The translations under genes and the position numbers were made by a program. Shown here one piece after another: positions 49,773 through 62,762 of a stretch of DNA of 64,000 nucleotides. Source of the DNA: Octopus bimaculoides (Eukaryota); assembly GCF_001194135.2 (NCBI RefSeq), contig NC_068985.1:85759614-85823613 (forward strand). The letters run 5' to 3'. Every line of letters starts with the position of its first letter. Within the stretch, counting starts at the first letter, position 1. The notes beneath the pieces were generated by a model. The model was not told the DNA's origin. It did no database searches and saw nothing but the letters and a program-made list of their open reading frames with translations.

Positions 49773-50451
49773 TCACCTTATCCTCTGTTGCTGAACTGTT
49801 TTACTACAGTTAAAATTCGTCCCAGTTGTTGATCATCTTTTGTGAATAGCTTTAGATCATCCATATGTAAAGGAGGTGATGGATTTGCCAATCCTATACT
49901 TTGAACCCATCTTTTGCATCTCTCAGGAGAATGAGGGCCACAAAAAANNNNNNNNNNNNNNNNNNNNNNNNNNNNNNNNNNNNNNNNNNNNNNNNNNNNN
50001 NNNNNNNNNNNNNNNNNNNNNNNNNNNNNNNNNNNNNNNNNNNNNNNNNNNNNNNNNNNNNNNNNNNNNNNNNNNNNNNNNNNNNNNNNNNNNNNNNNNN
50101 NNNNNNNNNNNNNNNNNNNNNNNNNNNNNNNNNNNNNNNNNNNNNNNNNNNNNNNNNNNNNNNNNNNNNNNNNNNNNTCCAGTGTTTCATATTATTCAAC
50201 ATATAATTACAAATAACTGGAGATATTTTTATGTTTCCAAGCATTTCTCAATCCAGCCATAGCAAAAGCTGTCAAAACCCTTTTTGCAATCAATCCTGAA
50301 ACAATCAACTCTTCCCTTCAACCAATGTTAGAAATAATCATTATCAACTCAGTGTATAACTAAACTATTTTCACCTTATGATGGGTCTGCTTATACATAT
50401 AAGTACGGGGCACCAACCGACTGTGCCACACAACACACACACACACACACA

Positions 50452-50493
<42 letters not shown>

Positions 50494-51344
50494 TGTGTAT
50501 ATATATATTTATGTATGTATGTGTTTACGTCATTTCAAAAACTTGTATTATTTATACCATGTCCCTTTAAGACATATAACTTAACAATCTGGCAAACAGA
50601 GGTTAATAGATCAAGTAACAGACTGAAGAAGTATTGGGGTTTGTGAGCTTGAGTATAAATGCTTGAAAGCTATGCCCCAACATGGCCACAATTCACTAAT
50701 CAAAGCCAGTAAGAGAATAAAGATTTATCCCCCCACCCACATCATCTACAATCAATAAAAATAAAGAAAAGAAAAAATAAAGAAAAAAACCCCATCCCAA
50801 ATCATGAAATGTCTAATTTGTTCATGAATATTTGCACAATGTCACTATTGTATATTTAAAAGGTTTCTTTTATCCGAAATTTTAAGAGGCCGGATTTCAG
50901 AACATTTTTAATAGCTTCAAATAGTCTGGCTTTGATTCTTCTCTCCTTACAATGATTACACAAGAATTATCATTGACAATATTCACAACTTCATTGAAGG
51001 CATTCTTTAAAACCATTTTTAAATACAATATTTCATTGTAGCTTTAAAAATACACTGTTTAAGATAATTATTTATTTATAAAAAAAAAATTCTATTAAAA
51101 AACATAAAATAACTGAAAATAAATTTCTCATTGTTCATTCGGAATCGGTTTTGAAAACAATTGTTGCCATAATATTTTCTATTTATAGACATAAATAAAA
51201 AATAAAAATGATCTTTGATTAAAAAGAACCAAAAAATAGTAAGAAAAAAAAATCTAGAGACAGTCTTCATAGTATTGATTTCCTTCAGTATCAATAGATG
51301 CTAAAAATATGTCTATATCTGTTTTTATATACATATACATATAT

Positions 51345-51386
<42 letters not shown>

Positions 51387-53244
51387 CGTACAGACATACA
51401 TGTTTGTATGAATGTATTATATTTTTGATTTTCTTTGGTTTCATAATACTTGAATATTTCAATCAAATTATTTGTAATCTTTTCAAAAATTAATGACTAA
51501 CTTCGAATTAGCATGACATTTTCTACATACACCAATTGCTGTGATTACTTCACCAAAAATAGCAATGTGGAACAAAAATTGAATTTGTGAAATACTGATG
51601 GAAATCTTTGGAAATTATAATTTGTTTTAGTTGAATATATTAACGAAAACAGTGAAAAATGTTGAAATTCAGAGCAAGATTTACGTAATGCAAATTTCAA
51701 ATAACAACACTAACACAGATTATCATTATTATTATTATTATTATTATCACTATTTGTCTGAAATATAAAGATATGCAGAAGAAAATATTTGTAATTGAAG
51801 TAGGAACATTTTTAGTAAGAAGTTGAGGAAAGAACTGAAAAAAAAAAAGAATCTGTTTTCTAACTAGATTGATAAAACTAAGTTAGGAAATGGAATTTAG
51901 AATTGTATTGAAAATTGAATGGGAAAATGTAATTTCAGGCTCAGGAGAGAACTTTAGGATTTCCCTCACCTCATTATATGGAGCTCCAGTATGGCCTTTG
52001 TGGGGATGACTTGAACAAACCATTGTAGTGAGTGGCAGATTTCCATGTATTTCTTCAGGTTAATAACTTATTGTTTTGAACCATTGGCCGAATAAAAAGC
52101 TAATACAAAACTCGGCTCTGTTTCCTCTTGAATTTTCTGCAGAATCATCAGAGGATTGGACAAAGTGGTTTGTGGTATTTGTTCACTACAACCTCTGAGT
52201 TCAAATTTCACCAAAGTCAACTTTGCCACTTTGCTTTTCACTTTTTCCAGGTTGATAAAATAATGTAGCACTCAATTACTGGGCCAATGAAATCAACTAG
52301 TCTCTCTCTCTCTCTCTCTCTCTCTTGCTAAAATTGGTGGCCTTGTGCCAATATTTATAACTATAATTATTATTATTATTATTACTATTATTATTATTAT
52401 TATTATTAATGATAATAATAACAACAACAACAATGACCTTAATAATGTTTTTTGAGAAACTAAACAGAACAGAGTGTAAACTTCTTCAGTTTTGCAGATA
52501 CAAGTTGATGCAGTTGTTTGGTCTACTAGAAATAGTGACCAAATTATCCTCATACTATCTTACTGTCTTAAAAGAAAGGCTAGAAAGAATACAATTGTTA
52601 CTATAGCTCTAGATATATTGTGCCTGAAACTAAAATGGAAAGATTATAGCTAGGTTGTGATCATAGGACTGCTACGTGACAACTTTGAGTGAAACAACAA
52701 TAACGATATCTTATAAATGTTTTTTTTTCTTTTTCCTGTTTTTATTTATGATGTCAATGACTATCATTAATGTTTTTTTTTTGCTTTTTGTCTGTGATTA
52801 ATAAGAAACTTGTCGTATTTCTTTTCTCATAGAAAGACTTTCTCCAGTGTCCAGTGGATAGATTAAAATCTATCCAGTGGACACATTTATAATTCAATTC
52901 TATCAATCTTCCCCTTATCAATAAGTTAGGCCAATGAAGAAGATGAAGGACCAACTAAGGAACTGTCGAACATTAAGTGCCACACTGACATCTATAATGA
53001 AGTCTTCTACTGAAACGGTTCTTTTGCTGACAGAACCAACTGAAGGTTGATGTTAGATTTAACCCAAGTTATCTAAGAAATACAACATTACAAGAAGAAT
53101 TCCCCTAACGTCTTCGTTTCCTGCTTTAAAATACATGAAAATAGATCTGAAGGAATGCTACAATGTACAATAGCACTGGCTACTTTATTGAACATTTCCA
53201 ATATAGGGACACACCAGCACTAGACCAGACACGCACACATGCAT

Positions 53245-53298
<54 letters not shown>

Positions 53299-53924
53299 NN
53301 NNNNNNNNNNNNNNNNNNNNNNNNNNNNNNNNNNNNNNNNNNNNNNNNNNNNNNNNNNNNNNNNNNNNNNNNNNNNNNNNNNNNNNNNNNNNNNNNNNNN
53401 NNNNNNNNNNNNNNNNNNNNNNNNNNNNNNNNNNNNNNNNNNNNNNNNNNNNNNNNNNNNNNNNNNNNNNNNNNNNNNNNNNNNNNNNNNNNNNNNNNNN
53501 NNNNNNNNNNNNNNNNNNNNNNNNNNNNNNNNNNNNNNNNNNNNNNNNNNNNNNNNNNNNNNNNNNNNNNNNNNNNGTGAACTCATTTGGAGACACAGGT
53601 TCTTCTTAATCACAGACTTGAGACAGGAAAGCTTGACTTGGAGGTTCTTGTGCAGCTATAACAAGTTTCCTTTCACTGATTTCTCACTTTTTTTCATAGA
53701 AATAATTCACCCCATCTTTGCCTCCACTCCCTCTCTCTCCCTCTCTCTCCCTCTCTCTCTCCTCATCTCTCTCTTATACAAATAAATCAAAACAAAATCA
53801 AGTTTGTTTTCAAACTATGATTAGAGATCCATGATAAAAAAATATTAAATTAATAAAACCTAAAATGCCAAGAAGGCATCAAGAATTGTGGAACTGAATA
53901 CAAGATGGTTCTTTTAGGTTCTTT

Positions 53925-54156
53925 TATTCTTTTACTTGTTTCAATCATTTGACTGTGGTCATGCTGGAGCACTTTCTTGAAGAAATTGACTTCAGGACTT
54001 ATTCTTTGTAAGCCTAGTATTTATTTTATTGGTTTCTTTTGCCAAACCGCTAAGTTACAGGGACATAAGCACACTAGCAGCAGTTGTCAAGCGATGGTGG
54101 GGGGACAAACACAGACACACACACAAATATATACATACATGTATACACACACACAT

Positions 54157-54192
<36 letters not shown>

Positions 54193-54345
54193 GACAGGCT
54201 TTTTTCAGTTTCCATCAACCAAATCCACCCACAAGGCCTTGGTCAGCCCGAGGCTATAGTAGAAGACACTTGCCCAAGATGCCATACAGTAGGCCTGAAC
54301 CCAAAACCATGTGGTTACGAAGCAAGCTTCTTACCACACAGATAC
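53925..54345 (-). mobile_element. tRNA-derived SINE, near full length with internal microsatellite
   Basis: The head matches 15087-15251 and the tail matches 25525-25685. Confidence 0.85.
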
Positions 54346-55549
54346 GTCTGTGCTTTGACATATCAAAAATGAAAGTTTGATTAGAAGAAGGTATTGAGAC
54401 AGAAATATAAGTGTGATAGATTTTGATGCATTTCTTCATACGATTGCTGTCTTTGTCTCTGTTGGTTGGTCTTGGAATAATTTAAGAGAGAAAGGAAGAA
54501 AATGTTGATTAGTGTGCAGAATTGCTCACACTGGGCAACAGGATGGAATTGCTGGGAAGAAAAGAAATACATTATGGGAGGGAGAGAAAATAATATATTC
54601 TGATGTGAATTATTTTATCTTATTAAGAGGAGAAAGAGAAAAAGAAAGAAACGTAAGAAAAGAAATCATGTTTCTGAAATTATACATAACTAAGTCATTG
54701 AAACTAACTGCTTATATACATATATATATACATATATATATATGTGTGTGTGTGTGTGTATATATTCTTAGCCATGCTAGCATGGTAAAACCTGATGTGA
54801 GCCAATAAATGAATGAGATACATGCATATACACATACACACACATATGCAAATACACACATATATACACACACATACATATACACATATGTGCGTATGTG
54901 TGTGTGTGAGAGAGTGAGAAAGAAAGAGAGAGAGAGAGAGTGCATGTATATTTGTATATCTGCTTAGAAGTCAACTAGTGTTCTCTAATGAAAACCTATC
55001 AGGATAAACAATGGTCAACAGTCCGTCCCTTGTAGGTGTCCTTATAACAGCTGCCTTGCCACAGGGATTGCTTGTTATTAGCACAAATTGTACTGAATGA
55101 TGAAAAAACCCCTGAATTGGTGACACCAATCAATGACATATTAAAGAAAGTTAGAGGAGATGCCTTTTTATTCAAAGAAAAGTCTTTAACAAAATGTGAC
55201 AATGGAAGCTTTTTCTGCTGCCATATTCTTCAGTTTCCCTTTGTTATACAAAGCAATAATGTCGCTGTAAATTAAAATTGCTCATCCATTCTATGGCCCA
55301 AAGCTAAACACATTTATACATCTGATGGCTGAAAAACAGCAAGTGCAATCGCTGAAAATAATTTGGAATTAATTTCTGTTCACATAGCTGTGTGGTTCAA
55401 ATGTTTGGTTTGCAATCATGTGGTTTCACATTTGGTCTTACAGCAGAGGACCTTGGTCAAGATTCTTTTACCATAATATCTGGGTGACCAACATCTTACA
55501 AGTTCAACTTGGGAATGGGAACTGTGTGGTAGCTCATCCATATATATAT

Positions 55550-56414
55550 ATTACATGGAAAAATGTGAGAAAGAGAATTAACATTCTTAAGATTATAAAC
55601 CTGGAAAATTACAGGACAAGTTATAACACTTGGAAAAGTTCAGGACAACTTATTACATCTTCTAAAGTACAGAATAAGAAAATTCTTACTTAAAATATTG
55701 CAGCTAAGGATAAAATTTCAAATGAAATATTTAGATTTAGAAAATATTAGCTTTTATTAAAACTAAAAATTCTATTATAAGTTATTACTTCTATTTGTTA
55801 TTACTAGTTACTTCTATTGAAAATAAAAAAATAACTCAAAATATTTTTTGTACTTAAAAAAATATCCATTTTTTAAATTATTAATTGATAATTAGAAATT
55901 TGAAAACAAGTTATAAAAAATAATTGTAGTACATAATTAGTACAATAAATAGAATAATGCAAAAATTAATTATATATTACAGTAAAATCTACCTATAACA
56001 ACAAATTCAGGGTAAAATTTGCTTGAGATATTGCCTGAGTTTTTGCCAGGTTTTCACATTTTTAGCCTTGACCCAATGCCTATTTTTTACATAATGAATT
56101 TGCCTACCATATAAATTATTCTACTTTGCATAAAACTTTAGCTATATTGGTACCTCTAGCTCCCCTTTTAAAAATATTCTAGTGTGTCAATATTTTAACA
56201 ACATGATGGTACCATTTTTAATCATAATGTTACTTTGTAAATTAAAATCAAATAATTTAACTGCAATATTTTAAGTAAGAATTTTCTTGTTCTGTACTTT
56301 ACCAGATGTAATAAGTTGTCCTGAACTTTTCCAAGTGTAATAACTTGTCATGTAATTTTGCAGGTTTATAATTTTAAGAATATTATTTCTCTTGCTTGCC
56401 TTTTCCCATGTAAT
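55550..56414. mobile_element. Non-autonomous long-TIR element (about 158-bp TIRs, AT-rich interior)
   Basis: 55550-55707 is the reverse complement of 56257-56414, about 85% identical by eye, including the exact block acacttggaaaagttcaggacaacttattacatct. Confidence 0.85.
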
Positions 56415-57032
56415 CCATGTTTTTTCCAGACTATTATGCTAATTAATAATGTGTCAACTGTGTCAATTAGCGGAAAAAAAAGATGGTAGGGTCTGGAAAG
56501 GAATGGCTGTGATGAAAGTCTTCCCTGTGCCACAAGTGTAAATGATTGGAAGTAACATTCTTAATGATACATGGTAATAATCTGGGTTAATGAATAAAGC
56601 TCCTAGTCCTGCTAAAAAGAACAGCTAAATCTCACTCGAATTACACACAGGCATCTTCAGGAAAAGGACATGTGAGTCACTGCCAGAATGGCTTTCATCA
56701 CATTGACCTGCTGAATCAGGGTTCATTCAGCAGGTCAAACATCAACAACATTTCAAATTTTTTTTTGATTCTTCAATCATCTGACAAAAGTTGTTACTGT
56801 GTCAAAACAAAACATGTAGTAGCAGCAGCAGCAGCAGCAGCCATTCCAAAACCGATTCTGACACACTGAGTCATGTCAAACACAGATTTTAGAAGAATTC
56901 TGTGTTCTGGAAATGTCTCAATTACTTTGATATTTGATCAGAAAATTCAAACAGAAAATCTAGCTCTTCCCTAGAATCATCATACATTGCAACTAAATGT
57001 GAAATGGTCTTCTTTCTTTCTTTTTATCTATC

Positions 57033-57063
<31 letters not shown>

Positions 57064-57774
57064 NNNNNNNNNNNNNNNNNNNNNNNNNNNNNNNNNNNNN
57101 NNNNNNNNNNNNNNNNNNNNNNNNNNNNNNNNNNNNNNNNNNNNNNNNNNNNNNNNNNNNNNNNNNNNNNNNNNNNNNNNNNNNNNNNNNNNNNNNNNNN
57201 NNNNNNNNNNNNNNNNNNNNNNNNNNNNNNNNNNNNNNNNNNNNNNNNNNNNNNNNNNNNNNNNNNNNNNNNNNNNNNNNNNNNNNNNNNNNNNNNNNNN
57301 NNNNNNNNNNNNNNNNNNNNNNNNNNNNNNNNNNNNNNNNNNNNNNNNNNNNNNNNNNNNNNNNNNNNNNNNNNNNNNNNNNNNNNNNNNNNNNNNNNNN
57401 NNNNNNNNNNNNNNNNNNNNNNNNNNNNNNNNNNNNNNNNNNNNNNNNNNNNNNNNNNNNNNNNNNNNNNNNNNNNNNNNNNNNNNNNNNNNNNNNNNNN
57501 NNNNNNNNNNNNNNNNNNNNNNNNNNNNNNNNNNNNNNNNNNNNNNNNNNNNNNNNNNNNNNNNNNNNNNNNNNNNNNNNNNNNNNNNNNNNNNNNNNNN
57601 NNNNNNNNNNNNNNNNNNNNNNNNNNNNNNNNNNNNNNNNNNNNNNNNNNCAACCAACATTCTTTGATCAAATGATAACAGAAGTGGTTAAAATAGGAGC
57701 TGAAACCACCACCACCACCACCACCACCACCACCACCAATAATAATGATGATGATGATGATGATCATAATAATA

Positions 57775-58345
57775 ATCCTGTTGAATGTTTCTGGCAATCT
57801 ATCCAAGTCATGTTGAAGTTTGTCTTCCTCTCTTTTACAATCCTCTATTATGGCTCGATTTAGCAGAAGCTGCTCTTCACCACTACATTTCTTTCTGACA
57901 CCCCTTTTGTTCTTCTGGTAAAACAATGCTGTCTTCCAGGTGTATCATGAACCAGTTATAGATGAGTGAGGTGAGAGTTTTGTAGGTTGTTGATAGACAT
58001 GTTATTGGCTAATAATTTTGTGGGTGATTGGTGTCTTTGTTCTTGGGAATTTGGGTGGTTTGTTCTTCCAGCATCCAGTTTTGTGTTGATTCCAGCTTGC
58101 ATATTATCAAATTAAATACTACTGCTATGTGAGTATGAGTAGTGGGGAAGAGTTTCAGCCAGACCTTGGAGACCCTGTCTATTCTTGGTGTTTTCCAGAC
58201 ACTGCTACTCCTCAGTGCATCCGTGAAATCTTGGCTCATGATGGTGGGTCATACCTGTGGTGCTATTTTGCCTTTCTTTTCCTTTTTCCTATTCGTCCAT
58301 TCAGCATTTTTGTTGTGTTGTTCTGTGAAATCTTTTTGTGCCTAT
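57775..58345 (-). mobile_element. R4/Dong-like RT N-terminal fragment
   Basis: WKTPRIDRVSKVWLK...WMLE.QTTQIPKNKDTNHPQNY.PITCLSTTYKTLTSLI...HLEDSIVLPEEQKG....EQLLLNRAIIEDCKR...WIDCQK is typical of R4-clade RT domains 1-3. Confidence 0.85.
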
Positions 58346-58371
58346 TTTGAATTCTTTATTATTATTATTAT

Positions 58372-58448
58372 TATTTTATGTTTGACTTTTGCTTTGCATT
58401 TGTACAAGTTGGATCCAAGTCTCACCCAGAGACCTCAAGAGACAACAA
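58372..58448 (-). mobile_element. Probable R4/Dong 3' UTR stub bounded by (AAT)n tracts
   Basis: The minus strand reads (aat)n-gaacttctaacttgttgtctcttgaggtctctgggtgagacttggatcc...agtcaaacataa-(aat)n, directly upstream of the R4 RT fragment. Confidence 0.45.
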
Positions 58449-58457
58449 GTTAGAAGT

Positions 58458-58516
<59 letters not shown>

Positions 58517-58600
58517 GTTGTTGTTATTAAGGCAATGAGCTGGTAGAATCATTAGCACACTATCTGAGCAACAAACTTCTTCCAGCTACCGGTTTTCCGA

Positions 58601-58640
58601 ATGTCCTGAAGAAGGGATCTTCACCCCAAAATATAGAAAT
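58601..58640 (+). ncRNA. Degenerate minimal hammerhead-like motif
   Basis: atgtc-CTGAAGA-aggg...cccc-aaaa-tata-gaaat. The core 5' half is intact, but GAAA reads AAAA and stem I (atgtc/gaaat) has a mismatch. Confidence 0.35.
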
Positions 58641-58848
58641 ACAAGGAAAAACTGCAACTTTGTTCTGTTTTCCTTAGAGTTTATAATTTACTTTCCACCT
58701 TTTCACATTGTTTTGGCTTTACACAACTACGTTCTTTAAAGTTATACTTCAAAATGCTTCACAAAAACTACCTCAATATATCTATCTATTTATATATATA
58801 TATATATACACACATACATACATACATATATACATATATATATACACA

Positions 58849-58880
<32 letters not shown>

Positions 58881-58982
58881 CACATATATACATATATATA
58901 TACTTATATATTTATTTATATATATATATATATAAATATATATATGTGTATATGCATATGTACATACACACACACACACACA

Positions 58983-59024
<42 letters not shown>

Positions 59025-60718
59025 CTCACAGGATATACATGTATGGAATGTATGGAGCATGCAACAATGAGAATCAGCGCAAGCAGGATAATCGATGACA
59101 ATGATGACAATGATGACAATGATGATGATGAGAGCAATGACAACAAAAACAAACTAATGATGATGGTTCTGAAATAGTTGATGGCAGGTGATGGCGATGG
59201 AGGTGGTGATGGTGGGGGGGTGGGTGGTCGTTCAATGATGATAGGTTATGAGAGAAAGTGTTTTGGCAGCCATTGGTCATTGATCAATGAATAGAAGCGA
59301 AAATGGATCTGGTCATTTGGACGATGTGTGATCAATTTGTGGACTTTGTGAACTAATCAAACACTGGCAGCTAAGTATTTCCACAGATAAACAGTAGAAT
59401 CAATAACAACCCACTCACTATACAGCTACAACAACAACAGCAACAACAACAATTCATCAAGTGGAATCGGAGCAACTGTTTTCATTGCAAGTTTGGCTAT
59501 GGTGACCTTCCTCAAAGACCTTTCACTCTAATTCACTGTTTCGAACTTTGAATCCATGTGTGAGTGTGTATTCATCAATGGTTCTAGGTAGATATGTATA
59601 TGTTCTGTGATGATGATGATGATGATGATGATGATGCAAGTATGTATGTATAAATGCATGTTTGTGTGTGTGTCTGTCTACACCTTTTCTGTCTGTAAGT
59701 CAATATATATGTGTGACCAATGACGACGATGATGGTGATGATGGTGTATGTGACTATATTTATGTCAATGTGTGGTTTAATCTGTTGATTGGTGTCACAT
59801 CACTACCTGGTCCTTTCACAGTATCAACATTTTGTGTGTGTGTGTGTGTGAATACCTGATACATGTGTGTATCTATGCTTGTGTATGTATGTGTACATGT
59901 ATTTATGAATGTGTGTCTGCATGTCTATGTACATTTGTTGGTGTTTAGCCTTAAATGAGCACCCTAATGTGTGCTGTGAACATCCCCTATTAGCTTTTGC
60001 AGAGGTAACATTGTATATCTAAGACTACATTCCTAATTTTGTTTTTCCTAATTTAAAATGGTCAGGTATGACTGGAGGCAGCTTTGACCATTAATTCTAG
60101 CAGATCAAGTCACCAGGTAGACGCTCATTGGTTGGCTTCTGTTTTAACATTGATGTATGTGTCTGTGTGTGTGTGTGTGCATGTCCATCTCTATATGGCT
60201 ATATGTGAGTGTATGTGTGAGCCATATGTATGTGTTTCACATTCACATTTATCTGTGTGTCTCTGTGTCCACGTATGTGCGTGTATCATTTGCATTTAAT
60301 GTTGATGTCTGTCTTTATATCTTGAAGCCTTTGTAGCATCAGACAAAGTACCTTGCACTATCAACTTACAGTCACTTGCATTCTGAGTTCAAATCCTGCC
60401 AATGTCAACTTTGCCCTTCAATGTCCACTTTACATGCTGGCATGGATTGGATGGGGGCATCACAGCCTCGGTTACTTCCCATCGGCAGTGACTGTTTCCA
60501 AACTCCAACAGCTTTTGTGTGTTATTTGGTCTGGTTTCTGCAGCTGGAGACTCTTCTTAATGCCAACCACTTGACAGAGAGTCTTGGATTATAGCCCCAA
60601 CACTTAACAAGCTGAAGAGTTCTCAGTGAGACAGGTTTCAAGGGACCTCACAACTCTCCTCCCTGCTTATGTAACCAAACAGTAAATAGCAGAGGGATCA
60701 ATGACAACAGGAAGGAGA

Positions 60719-60768
<50 letters not shown>

Positions 60769-61909
60769 CAGAGTGTGTGTGTGTATGTGTTTTCCGTCCC
60801 TAAGTCAGCTTATACATGTGTGACTATATATATATCAATGTTAGTGTGTGTATATATCACATAAACAATCACTTAGTTTAACGTCATCCCCTGGTCCTTG
60901 GGTGCAATTCACAAAATCCCCTTTTGCCAATCTGTGGACCAGGACTCTGAGGAAGGACTCTTTCTTATATTCCTACTGATCTTAGAAACCCTAAAATTGT
61001 CAAGGTACCATCCTTCAGCTTCTAAATTGTGAAAATAAATTTATAAACTATGTATGTGTATATGTAAGTGCCTGTATTTATCAGTGTGAGTGTGTATGTA
61101 TGTACGACAGTCCTTCATGCATATTCATTTGTTTCTTTGAGTGTATGTGTAAGTCTGTATATATGTATGCACATACGTATGTCTTTTCAGTCATGTGACT
61201 ATACATGCATACTTATGTGTACAAATTTATGCATACATGCTAAAGTGCATATGCATGTCTATGAGCATCTCAGTGATGAATAAGTATGTACTTGTGTATA
61301 TGTGTGCATGTGTATAAGCACATATATGGGAAATTTATATGCGTGCATATTTGTGTGTGTATTCAAGACAATATGAAATCACACATGCACACACATATGA
61401 GAGAATAGGTACATCTATGGGAAATATGGATATTAGGGTGTGTGAATTTGAGAGAATATCCATTGGGACATACATCTATGTATGCGTATGTGTGTGTATG
61501 CATGTGTGTGTGAGAAAAAGAAAGAACATGTGCCAATGGATAAATGTGTGTGTGTGTGTGTGTGCATATCACCATGTCAATAGAAATATTCCCAAAAGGC
61601 AGAGAATTAATATCTGGGATATTTTTAATCATTCCACTCAATCTTCAATTATGGCCCTGCCAATCTATTCCTGCTAAGTGCTTTACCACTGATTATATAG
61701 AGGAACTAAGAATATTTGCCGATATTTTAGTAGCAACAATATATTTTTCTCACTTTAATAAAACCTTTCACTCTATTACAGACAATTTTTCTCTTCTTTT
61801 GTGATGTACAACTTTCCCCATGCCATCAAATGCCACACACTCCTGATAACTCTATCCCTGTACTCCTATTAAAACTATATTTTGAGACAACTCTATGAAT
61901 GAGGGAGTA

Positions 61910-62035
61910 TGACATCATCATCATCATCACCGTCATCATCATCATCATCACCGTCATCATCATCATCATCACCGTCATCATCATCATCATCATCATCATC
62001 ATCACCGTCATCATCATCATCATCACCGTCATCAT
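61910..62035. repeat. (CAT)n minisatellite with periodic CACCGT interruptions
   Basis: Read directly; the unit is about 18 nt, (cat)4-caccgt. Confidence 0.9.
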
Positions 62036-62282
62036 GCTAAAGACATCTTGCAAAGTCTTGTGTAATACAGTGAGCTGACAAATGCTTACAGATTATTTAT
62101 GCAATTAGTATGTAAAATCTCTTTGTAGACGTTTTGACAACGTGTCACAGTCCATCTAGGAAAATATAACCAAATCTAAAATATATTATTCAAGGAAAAT
62201 ACATTCAACAAAGAATTTTGGGAATTATATGAAAGAGAGAATAGGACACTTCCAGTTTTGAATATATATGTCAATGCACACA

Positions 62283-62655
62283 TCTAACACCAACCACTCC
62301 AAGAGTGTAGTGGGTGCTTTTTATGTGCCATCGGCACAGGAGCCTGGCAACGACCATGATCAGTTGATGCTTTTTACATGTCACCAGCACGGAAGCCAGT
62401 GAAGGCGGTGCTGGCATCGGCCACGTTCTACCCTGGATTTCTTCCACTGTTTGACAGCGGCACTTCTTCACCCATCTCTCCTCATCCATCCGTAGTACAT
62501 AACCATAGCAATGCAAATGTCTCTCTTGCACACCACATCCAATGCTTCTTATGTCCAACTTTTCTCTCAGGGCACTTACACTCTGTCGTGTGTGCACACT
62601 GACATTACACATCCAGCGGATCATGGTACCTTCATTTCTTTCGAGCCTAACGCAT
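62283..62655 (-). mobile_element. RTE LINE 3' fragment, internally deleted
   Basis: RLERNEGTMIRWMCNVSVHTRQSVSALREKLDIRSIGCGVQERHLHCYGYVLRMDEERWVKKC is joined to 3' UTR subrepeats (aaaagcacccactacact...gagtggttggtgttag). Confidence 0.85.
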
Positions 62656-62666
62656 ACACATGCAGT

Positions 62667-62758
<92 letters not shown>

Positions 62759-62762
62759 CATA

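Noticed and set aside
6605-57926. Long ORFs of 100-360 aa containing X runs (e.g. 13301-13775, 14463-15361, 24337-25341 as a whole, 32384-33491, 41334-42003, 53163-53785, 56987-57926)
   Set aside because: They stay open only because N codons cannot be stops, and their flanks translate CA/TA microsatellites.
59385-59545. Poly-Gln or GPI-signal-like terminal exon after tatttccacag
   Set aside because: The frames are short and driven by a CAA repeat, with no homology recognised and no upstream exon identifiable.
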